This document shows positions 34,247 to 41,901 of a stretch of 64,000 bases of DNA, one piece after another. Below the pieces are notes generated by a model, which was not told where the DNA came from, made no database searches, and saw only the letters and a list, made by a program, of their open reading frames with translations. Origin of the DNA: Gammaproteobacteria bacterium (lineage in GTDB: Bacteria; Pseudomonadota; Gammaproteobacteria; Eutrophobiales; Eutrophobiaceae); contig WLWS01000001.1 of assembly GCA_012103475.1 (NCBI GenBank), positions 641,881-705,880 on the forward strand, read 5' to 3'. Every line of letters begins with the position of its first letter. The stretch's first letter is position 1. The translations under genes and the position numbers were made by a program.

Positions 34247-35164
34247 GTGTCTTCGATGGCGACATGGGTACAAAACAGCCCCGCTGATGATTTCTGGCTC
34301 GGGGTAACTGTACTCGCTGCCTTGTCAGTCGCCGCATTTTACTTTTTTATGCGCAAGCGCGTCATGGAAGACATGCCCACATCCAAAATTCGCTCAGCCG
34401 CTCAAGGTTATGTTGAATTGGTTGGACATGGCAGGCTCATGGAAGGCCCGCTAATCATTTCACCACTCACCGGCCTGCCCTGCACCTGGTATAGCTACAA
34501 GGTCGAAGAAAAACGCCGCTCTGGAAAAAATAACAATTGGGCAACTGTCCGCAAAGGCCGCAGTGAAGAATTGTTCCTGCTCGTCGATGAAACCGGTGAA
34601 TGTGTGATCGATCCTGAAGGCGCGAATGTTACCAGCGCTGAAAAGGATGTCTGGTACGGCAACACAGCACAACCCAGCCGGGGCGCGAAAAGCGGTGCAG
34701 GTTTTTTCTCCGGGGGACGTTACCGCTACACCGAACAACGACTTCGACCAGCCGAAACACTTTATGCAATCGGCCTGTTCAATACGGTTGGTGGCGCCGG
34801 TGACGTTTATGATCCGGGCAGTGATCTGAGAGATCTTCTAAAAGAATGGAAACAGGATAGCGAAGCATTGCTGGAAAAATTCGACACCAATAAGGATGGC
34901 GAAATTGACATGCAGGAATGGCAAGCAGTGAGGGATGCTGCCCTGAAAGAGGTCATGTCTCATCATAATGAGCTAAAAACGGAAACGCCTGTGCATATGC
35001 TCGGTCGCACACGGGATAAACGCAGGCCTTTCCTGCTTTCCGCTCTGGATCAGGACTCCCTGATAAAAAAGTTCCAGCTCTACGCCGGTGCTTCTATATT
35101 TGTATTTTTCAGCTGTGGCGCACTGGCCACCTGGCTGGTAAACCTGCGTGTCACTGGCGCCTGA
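34247..35164 (+). CDS. GIDE-domain membrane protein with an EF-hand calcium-binding loop
   Basis: 305 aa (GTG start; an alternative ATG lies at 34256). It has an N-terminal TM, a GIDE-like segment (GYVELVGHG...SPLTG.PC.WY.Y) and a C-terminal TM. DTNKDGEIDMQE fits the canonical EF-hand loop. Confidence 0.65.
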   Translation: MSSMATWVQNSPADDFWLGVTVLAALSVAAFYFFMRKRVMEDMPTSKIRSAAQGYVELVGHGRLMEGPLIISPLTGLPCTWYSYKVEEKRRSGKNNNWATVRKGRSEELFLLVDETGECVIDPEGANVTSAEKDVWYGNTAQPSRGAKSGAGFFSGGRYRYTEQRLRPAETLYAIGLFNTVGGAGDVYDPGSDLRDLLKEWKQDSEALLEKFDTNKDGEIDMQEWQAVRDAALKEVMSHHNELKTETPVHMLGRTRDKRRPFLLSALDQDSLIKKFQLYAGASIFVFFSCGALATWLVNLRVTGA

Positions 35165-35225
35165 GACAGACTTTCTTTAGTATGTCGGCCTCTTATTACA
35201 CAGGCCACTTAATTACAAAACCCTT

Positions 35226-37282
35226 ATGACCAAGCCACAAATCGATAAAAGCGCACTACCGCAGTTCAGTACAATCCAGCCCGCACAAATTCAGGCAAGC
35301 ATAGAAAAGCTAATCTGTGACAACAAGGCTTCGATGGAAAAGTTGCTGGCCGCCAACACAGTCTACAACTGGGAAAATTTGATCCAGGTACTTGAAAATG
35401 ACGCAGACCGACTTAGTCGTGCCTGGTCGCCAATCAATCATCTGCACTCGGTCGCGGATAACGACGAGCTGCGTGAGGCTTATAACGCCTGTCTGCCACC
35501 ACTCACAGAATACGGCACTGAACTGGGACAACATGAAGGGCTGTTCCGTGCCTATCAGCAAATCAGAGATAGCGCCGGCTTCCAGAAACTGCATGCGGCT
35601 CAGCAAAAATCGATCGAAAATGAACTGCGCGACTTTCACTTATCCGGAATTGGTCTCGCAAACGAAGAACGCGAAAGCTATCGCTCGATCAAACAAAAAC
35701 TCTCAAAACTGCAAACACGCTACGAGGAAAACCTTCTCGACGCCACTCAGGCCTGGCAGAAACTTATCGTCGATCAGAAACAGCTGGCAGGGATGCCAGA
35801 GTCGGCTATCGCATTAGCCGCACAAACAGCAGAGAGAGAGAGAAGCAGACAGGCTGGTTGTTAACACTGGATTTCCCCAGCTATCTGCCGGTTATGCAAT
35901 ACGCAGATAATCGCGAATTGCGCGAAGAAATGTATAAGGCTTACGTTACCCGCGCCTCCGAGCAGGCAGCGAATGCGGAGCAGTGGGACAATGGTGAGTT
36001 GATGGTAGAGATTGTTGAGCTACGCCAACAGCTTGCTCAATTACTTGATTTCGACTCTTATGCCGATTATTCATTGGCCAGAAAAATGGCCTCAACACCA
36101 GCGGAAGTTCTTGGCTTCCTTGAGGATCTGGCTGAACGTTCAAAACCAGTCGCTGAAACCGAACTCGCTGAACTGCAACAGTTTGCCCGCGAGCAGTTTC
36201 AAGTTGATGAGCTACAGGCCTGGGATCTTGGCTACTATTCAGAAAAACTACGCGTACATAAATTTGATATTTCTCAGGAGGAGCTGCGCCCCTATTTTCC
36301 CGCCCCAAAAGTTATCGAGGGAATGTTCGCAGTCGTTAAACGTCTTTACGGTATCACCATCAAGGAAGTGGAAGGCATCGACAGTTGGCACGAAGATGTG
36401 CGTTTTTATGAGATTCAGGACGACAGCGGACAACTGCGTGGTAGTTTCTATCTTGATCTCTATGCCCGCCCGCAAAAGCGGGGCGGAGCCTGGATGGATG
36501 AATGCCTGGTGCGCAGATTCGCTGGCAAAAAGTTGCAGACTCCGGTTGCCTATCTGACCTGTAACTTCAGCCCACCAATAGGAAGCGATCCTTCACTGCT
36601 GACACACGATGAAGTAATCACACTATTCCACGAGTTTGGCCATGGTTTACATCATATGTTAACGCTGGTCGATTACCCGGAGGTGTCCGGCATCAATGGG
36701 GTTGCCTGGGATGCAGTCGAGTTACCCAGCCAGTTTATGGAAAACTGGTGCTGGGAACGTGACTCCATTGCCCTTATTTCAGGTCATTATGAAAGTGGCG
36801 TCCCTTTGCCTGATGAGCTTTATGAGAAGATGTTAAAGGCCCGAACCTTTCATTCCGGCATGCAGATGGTCAGACAACTCGAGTTTTCCTTGTTTGATTT
36901 CCGTCTTCACCATAAACAGAAGGTTTCGAACACAGCTGAGATTCAGGCTTTATTGAATCAGGTTCGTGAGCAGGTGGCTGTCGTCCTCCTACCCGAATAC
37001 AATCGATTTCAGCACAGTTTTTCGCATATTTTCGCCGGCGGCTACGCAGCTGGTTATTATAGTTACAAATGGGCCGAAGTATTATCCGCTGATGCCTTTT
37101 CTAAATTCGAAGAAAACGGTATCTTTGACAGAAAAACAGGGGAACAATTTTTGAACTCGATTCTGGAACAGGGTGGATCGCGCGAACCAATGGAATTATT
37201 CATCGAGTTCAGAGGTCGCAAACCTTCTATCGACGCACTCTTGCGTCATTCAGGGATTCTTCCTGAAGAGGCCGCTGCCTGA
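35226..37282 (+). pseudogene. prlC: Oligopeptidase A, interrupted by a frameshift in an (AG)6 tract
   Basis: ORFs 35226-35864 and 35858-37282 together are collinear with E. coli PrlC. The zinc motif HEFGHGLHH is in the second ORF. The frames switch inside AGAGAGAGAGAG (35831-35842). Confidence 0.85.
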
Positions 37283-37283
37283 A

Positions 37284-38057
37284 ATGAAATCAACACTACT
37301 TTTATTCCTGTCCATCTGCTTTACCGGCCCGTTATTGGCGGAGGATGTCTTTATCACCGACAAGTTAAAAGCCGGTTTGCACGAGGACAAATCGCTGGAT
37401 AGCCCGATTGTCAAGATTGTCGCTACCGGCACTCGACTGGAAGTGGTGAAAAAGGAAGATCGACTGACCTATGTGCGCGACGCGGATGGGAGCATGGGCT
37501 GGATTAATAACGACTATCTGATGGCACAGGCACCCACAGGCGCCAACATCGGGACCATGCAGAACCGGGCCGACAATCTGGAAAAACGTCTTAACGAAAG
37601 CCGCGAGACCATTATCACTCTGGAAGCAGAGCTGAAGAATCAGGGCAAAGTCTTGCCTGCTGAAACACGCGAACTACTGGATCTCAAGGCAAGTCATGGT
37701 GAGCTGCAACAACAGTTTAATGCGCAAAAGCTGGAAAATGGTGAATTGCAGGTCGAACTCACGGAACTGCGGAACCGTCTCGGTCAGGACGCCGACACCG
37801 ATGCCTTATACAAACAGATCAAAAGCCTGCAGGAAGATAATAAGACACTGGAGATTAAGCTAGCCAGAACCCTCGAGAAATTCGATGCTGATGCGGCTTC
37901 TGACTCCGGCCTACTCAGCGTCAGCGGCGACAGCTTTTCCCCGGGCATGCGCAATATGAGCATTTATCTGCTGATTACGCTGGTAATTGGCCTGTTTGCC
38001 GGCGCCTACCTGCTTGATATGATTAACCGACGCCGGCACGGCGGTTTTCGTATCTAG
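37284..38057 (+). CDS. SH3-domain membrane protein (YgiM/TIGR04211-like)
   Basis: The start at 37284 (MKSTLLLFL...) gives a signal peptide, a bacterial SH3-like domain (GWINNDYL), a long coiled coil and a C-terminal TM. The ORF track extension overlaps prlC. Confidence 0.7.
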   Translation: MKSTLLLFLSICFTGPLLAEDVFITDKLKAGLHEDKSLDSPIVKIVATGTRLEVVKKEDRLTYVRDADGSMGWINNDYLMAQAPTGANIGTMQNRADNLEKRLNESRETIITLEAELKNQGKVLPAETRELLDLKASHGELQQQFNAQKLENGELQVELTELRNRLGQDADTDALYKQIKSLQEDNKTLEIKLARTLEKFDADAASDSGLLSVSGDSFSPGMRNMSIYLLITLVIGLFAGAYLLDMINRRRHGGFRI

Positions 38058-38148
38058 CCGGCAAGATTTGCAAGTATTCGGGCTTTCTACTACACTCCTC
38101 GGCCCTGTCGATCAGGCAGACTCAGAAAACATTAAAAGGTTAGTAAAA

Positions 38149-38352
38149 ATGAAGGCAGATACACATCCGACTTACACTGATACTTCAGTCACCTGCAGCT
38201 GCGGAAACGTTTTTTCGACGCGTTCGACTCTGGAAGACAACGATCTCCATATCGATGTCTGTTCACAGTGCCATCCTTTTTACACCGGCAAACAGAAAAT
38301 GCTGGATACCGCCGGTCGGGTTGATAAATTTCGCCGTAAATACGGCATGTAA
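38149..38352 (+). CDS. rpmE: 50S ribosomal protein L31 (zinc-binding type)
   Basis: 67 aa. MKADTHPTY..., a CSCG...[12 protein letters not shown] cysteine pair and the ending RFRRKYG-like are present. The ATG is at 38149. Confidence 0.95.
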   Translation: MKADTHPTYTDTSVTCSCGNVFSTRSTLEDNDLHIDVCSQCHPFYTGKQKMLDTAGRVDKFRRKYGM

Positions 38353-38383
38353 AACCTTCATCGGGACCCTTCCTGATTTACTA

Positions 38384-38410
38384 AAAAGCGCCTTTATCGG
38401 GCGCTTTTTT
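38384..38410 (+). terminator. Rho-independent terminator after rpmE
   Basis: AAAAGCGCC-TTTATC-GGGCGCTTTTTT forms a GC stem followed by a T6 run. Confidence 0.75.
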
Positions 38411-38419
38411 GCTTATTAC

Positions 38420-39157
38420 TTGCTTTTATTCCTCTGCTCTTTCCCGCATACCAGTAACGCCTGCGATAGTAGGGCCTACGATCGGACCGCGTCGGCACGA
38501 CATATTATCGACGGCGACACGCTTGTCCTCAGCGATGGCAGAAAATTACGTCTGATAGGAATCGACACGCCTGAACTCGCTCGTAAAGGGCGACCGGCCG
38601 AAAGCGGTACGGATGCCGCACGCTTGTATCTGAGCAAGCTGCTAAAGGACAAAGACCGCCTGGGGCTTAAATATGGTCCCGAGCGCAAAGATCGTCATGG
38701 TCGCTTACTGGCCCATCTGTTTCTCGAAGATGGCAGTAATATACAAGCCGGATTACTGCGCGAAGGCTTGGCCTTACCACTGAATATCCCGCCTAACGTT
38801 CTTTTCAGCGACTGCTACGAGGAGCAGATGCTGCTGGCCCGGGCTGCCGGCCGGGGTCTGTGGCAACTCCCGCAGTTTCAAACGATCCGGGCCAAGTCGA
38901 TGCAGCCGGACACTCACGGCTATCGGCTTGTTCATGGTGTAGTCAGTAAACTCGGGTTCAGCGATTCAGCAGTATGGCTTAACCTGAACAAGCATCTCGC
39001 TATCCGAATCAGGCGAAAACACCTCTCATATTTAGCAGGACTGGACCTGAATAATATTATTGGTGCTGAAATTGAAGTACGCGGAGTAATTTATCAAAGG
39101 AATAAACAAATGCGTGTCAGCGTCCGTCATAAAAACGATCTAAAAATACTAAAGTAG
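38420..39157 (+). CDS. Secreted thermonuclease (SNase-like) family protein
   Basis: IIDGDTLVL...LRLIGIDTPE...DRHGRLLAHLF are staphylococcal-nuclease-fold motifs. The start is uncertain: no in-frame ATG follows the rpmE terminator, so TTG at 38420 is assumed. The ORF track starts at 38255, inside rpmE. Confidence 0.7.
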   Translation: MLLFLCSFPHTSNACDSRAYDRTASARHIIDGDTLVLSDGRKLRLIGIDTPELARKGRPAESGTDAARLYLSKLLKDKDRLGLKYGPERKDRHGRLLAHLFLEDGSNIQAGLLREGLALPLNIPPNVLFSDCYEEQMLLARAAGRGLWQLPQFQTIRAKSMQPDTHGYRLVHGVVSKLGFSDSAVWLNLNKHLAIRIRRKHLSYLAGLDLNNIIGAEIEVRGVIYQRNKQMRVSVRHKNDLKILK

Positions 39158-39258
39158 AGACAAAATTGAAGCACTTTCAGTGCATGACTTAGCCGCCCTT
39201 ATTGAGGTGTTTTCTAACATAAAAAGCTTAAGTCATTGCAATGTCGAGGAATCAAAAA

Positions 39259-39293
39259 CTATCCACAAATTCTGTGGATAAGTTTGTGGATGT
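39259..39293. promoter_or_regulatory. Cluster of three DnaA boxes
   Basis: CTATCCACA (39259-39267, 8/9 to TTATCCACA), a 5-nt spacer, TGTGGATAA (39273-39281, perfect reverse box), a 3-nt spacer, then TGTGGATGT (39285-39293, 7/9). It lies in an ORF-free AT-rich spacer. Confidence 0.55.
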
Positions 39294-39464
39294 AATGCTA
39301 ACAGAACGCTCAAATCAGCGTTTTTACTGGATATTTAACAAAACTGTCATTTTTTGTGCAATTATTATTAACCTATATTAATCAGACAGTTATACTATTT
39401 TTATAGTCTAAAACGCACCTTACTTAAGATGCGATCTGAACTTCGATCAAAAATTGGCTTTCAC

Positions 39465-39473
39465 TGTGCATAA
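39465..39473. promoter_or_regulatory. Isolated DnaA box (TTATGCACA in reverse)
   Basis: TGTGCATAA fits TGTGNATAA exactly. Two GATC sites (39432, 39444) lie just upstream of it. Confidence 0.35.
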
Positions 39474-39500
39474 AATTGTTTGTCAAGCATTTATTTTAAA

Positions 39501-39527
39501 AAACTTTTGAACAAAACCGGTATCTGT
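39501..39527 (+). promoter_or_regulatory. Candidate ECF sigmaE/AlgU-type promoter
   Basis: AAACTT (39501-39506), a 16-nt spacer, then TCTGT (39523-39527). The consensus is GAACTT-N16/17-TCTGA. Confidence 0.4.
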
Positions 39528-39533
39528 CTGTCG

Positions 39534-39656
39534 AAAACAACAGATAGCAAATTTCTCGTTCCTCCTCTAGAACGTGACAGAACCCCGGTCTCCCCAGCCG
39601 GGTAATCTTGGCCCCGGTTACCTCCCCCTTAAATTAAGCCGGGGCCTTCTTTTTTT
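39534..39656 (+). ncRNA. Predicted ~120-nt small RNA convergent with engB (Spot 42 / ErsA positional analogue)
   Basis: It is bounded by the sigmaE-type promoter and an intrinsic terminator: GGCCCCGG 39610-39617 pairs with CCGGGGCC 39639-39646, followed by TTCTTTTTTT. There is no ORF. C/U-rich anti-SD-like stretches lie at 39559-39567 and 39620-39628. Confidence 0.4.
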
Positions 39657-40248
39657 CATCGAGCATCCAGGCATCAAGTGCCTGCACAAGCTCATCAACA
39701 CCGGTTTTTTTTAATACAGAGAACAATTGCACGCTATGAGCACTGGATCCGAATTGATTCTGCGCTCGCTGCAGCGCCTTTCGGCTTGCGCCAAAGGCCA
39801 GTTTGTCCGATTTATTCAGTAATATGTGAACGGCAAGACCGGCTGATTCACACCAGGAGAGCATTTGCTCGTCAAACTCCGTCAAGCCCCGTCTAATATC
39901 CGTAATCAACACCACCCCGGCTAAACAACGCCGTGTTTGAAAATACTCGCCGAGAGTTTCAGCCCAATGCGCCTGTACTTTCTCCGGAACCTTTGCATAC
40001 CCATAACCCGGTAAATCAACCAGACGTATCTCCTCATTCACCGGAAAAAAATTGATTAGCTGGGTTCGGCCCGGTGTTTTACTGATTTTTGCCAGTCGTT
40101 TCTGCCCGGTCAGTGCATTAATGACGCTTGATTTACCGGAATTAGAGCGACCTGCAAAAGCGACTTCACGGCCGCTGTCCGGCATCAACTGCGCCAGAGT
40201 GTGGGCACTGGTTTCATAACTAGCCTGTCGATATCGATTATTGAGCAT
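39634..40248 (-). CDS. engB: Ribosome biogenesis GTP-binding protein EngB/YihA
   Basis: 204 aa. It has G1 GRSNSGKSS, G3 DLPGYG and G4 NKSD motifs. Confidence 0.93.
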   Translation of the reverse strand: MLNNRYRQASYETSAHTLAQLMPDSGREVAFAGRSNSGKSSVINALTGQKRLAKISKTPGRTQLINFFPVNEEIRLVDLPGYGYAKVPEKVQAHWAETLGEYFQTRRCLAGVVLITDIRRGLTEFDEQMLSWCESAGLAVHILLNKSDKLAFGASRKALQRAQNQFGSSAHSVQLFSVLKKTGVDELVQALDAWMLDEKKKAPA

Positions 40249-40425
40249 ATCTGCCGAAACCAGTTGTAATTCTCATTGCGCAAAATTTCCTTTTATTCTC
40301 GTCCACTACTCGTCATTTTTTCGGTAAGATACCCGTGCTGGGGCAAGGGCTGTTCATATATGAATCAGCCTCACTATACCGTCGCCGGCTGAGATATAGC
40401 CAGATGAATTAAAGGAAACCAAGGC

Positions 40426-41040
40426 ATGCTAAGAAATTTCTGTTTTTTAATGAGTGTATTATTACCGCTTTTTGGTGGTTCTGTGCTGGCAAATGGTGAT
40501 ATCGCTGCCGGTAAATCAAAGTCTGTCACTTGCAGTGCCTGTCACGGTCAGGATGGTAATGGCGTAGAGAGTCTGCCAATGCAGCCCCGGCTCGCAGGTC
40601 AGCACGCAGAATATACCGCCAAACAGCTACGGGACTATCAATCGAAGGCCCGCGAAAACGCCATCATGGCACCGATGATTGCTGCACTCAGTGAAGAGGA
40701 TATTAACGACATTTCAGCTTACTATGCCAGCCTGAAAGGCACCATTGGCTCGAGTTCTGCGGAACTGCTGGAAACAGGTGAAACACTCTATCGGGCTGGT
40801 AATGCGGAAACAGGCCTTGCCGCCTGCATGGCCTGTCATGGTCCTTCCGGCCGGGGCAACCCGGCAGCCAAATACCCCGCCCTGAGTGGTCAATGGGCAG
40901 AATATACGAAGATTCAGCTAATGGCCTTTAAATCCGAGACCCGTAGCAACGATTTGAGTGCTGTAATGCGTGATGTCGCAACGAAAATGTCTAAAGAAGA
41001 GATTGAAGCTGTCAGCAATTACATTCAGGGACTGCACTAA
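40426..41040 (+). CDS. cc4: Dihaem cytochrome c4
   Basis: 204 aa. It has a signal peptide and two CxxCH motifs (CSACHG, CMACHG), each followed by a distal Met region. Confidence 0.9.
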   Translation: MLRNFCFLMSVLLPLFGGSVLANGDIAAGKSKSVTCSACHGQDGNGVESLPMQPRLAGQHAEYTAKQLRDYQSKARENAIMAPMIAALSEEDINDISAYYASLKGTIGSSSAELLETGETLYRAGNAETGLAACMACHGPSGRGNPAAKYPALSGQWAEYTKIQLMAFKSETRSNDLSAVMRDVATKMSKEEIEAVSNYIQGLH

Positions 41041-41142
41041 ATCAGGCTCTGGCTGAAACTCAAGCCAAACTCGGGGGTCAAATCTGAAAGAGCCTCACCG
41101 AGAACCGGCCGGGCCGGTATAAATAACAACAGGAACATTATA

Positions 41143-41751
41143 ATGAACAAATTCGTTGCCGCTTTCGCCGGAATACTATTACTTTGTGCTACTTCTGTGG
41201 CCATGGCAAAAGATTCCTACACAAATATTATTCCCGCCCAACCGACACAGACCGACAAAATAGAGGTAGTCGAAGTATTCTGGTATGGCTGCCCGCACTG
41301 TTATGACTTCGAACCTCATGTGAAGAAGTGGCTGAAAACCATGCCTGACGATGTCGAGTTTCGTCGTATGCCCGGAATCTTCAACAAAAACTGGGTTGGA
41401 CACGCCAGAGCCTACTACACGGCCGAAAAGATGGGTGTACTGGACAAAATCCACACGCCGCTTTTTGAAGCCTTACATAAAGATCGCAAACGCATTTTCA
41501 GCGAATCAGAAATTAAAGACTTTTTTATCTCTCAAGGTGTAGATGGCAAGGAATTTACCCGTGTCTACAATTCCAGCGAAATTGAAACCAAATTCAAACA
41601 GGCCTTTCTGATGGGTCAGCGTTACAAAATCACCGGCGTACCAGCTGTCATAGTGAACGGAAAATACATGACCAGCGCCTCTCAAGCCGGATCTTTTGAA
41701 AATATCCTCAAGACCATCAACGAGTTGGTCGCTAAAGAAAGAGGAGAGTAG
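41143..41751 (+). CDS. dsbA: Thiol:disulfide interchange protein DsbA
   Basis: 202 aa. It has a signal peptide, the active site WYGCPHCY and GVPAVIVNGKY. Confidence 0.93.
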   Translation: MNKFVAAFAGILLLCATSVAMAKDSYTNIIPAQPTQTDKIEVVEVFWYGCPHCYDFEPHVKKWLKTMPDDVEFRRMPGIFNKNWVGHARAYYTAEKMGVLDKIHTPLFEALHKDRKRIFSESEIKDFFISQGVDGKEFTRVYNSSEIETKFKQAFLMGQRYKITGVPAVIVNGKYMTSASQAGSFENILKTINELVAKERGE

Positions 41752-41788
41752 GCGGGCAACGCTTACCAATCTCGCAGGACTGAGCCAG

Positions 41789-41823
41789 GACCGATAAACC
41801 GGGTTTATCGGTCTTTCCGTTTT
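41789..41823 (+). terminator. Rho-independent terminator after dsbA
   Basis: A perfect 11-bp stem GACCGATAAAC / GTTTATCGGTC with a 3-nt loop, followed by TTTCCGTTTT. Confidence 0.8.
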
Positions 41824-41901
41824 ACTCCCTATTTGCACGATGTGTGTCTGTCGTAAAACAGACGCCGCGGATTTTTGCCGGCTGAAAATGGGTGATGAAA
41901 C

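Noticed and set aside
38255-38419. ATG-started 5' extension of the nuclease ORF through rpmE and its terminator
   Set aside because: It would be translated across the rpmE coding region and an intrinsic terminator, and the nuclease homology begins much later. A non-ATG start after the terminator is more plausible, although the exact start remains unresolved.
39158-39633. Chromosomal replication origin (oriC), suggested by DnaA boxes, AT-rich DNA and GATC sites
   Set aside because: There are only four boxes. I see no array of 13-mer DUE repeats or dense GATC clustering. None of the usual origin neighbours (dnaA/dnaN, mnmG/mioC, rpmH) is present. A DARS/datA-like or regulatory role fits better. 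A GC-skew check on the full genome would settle it.
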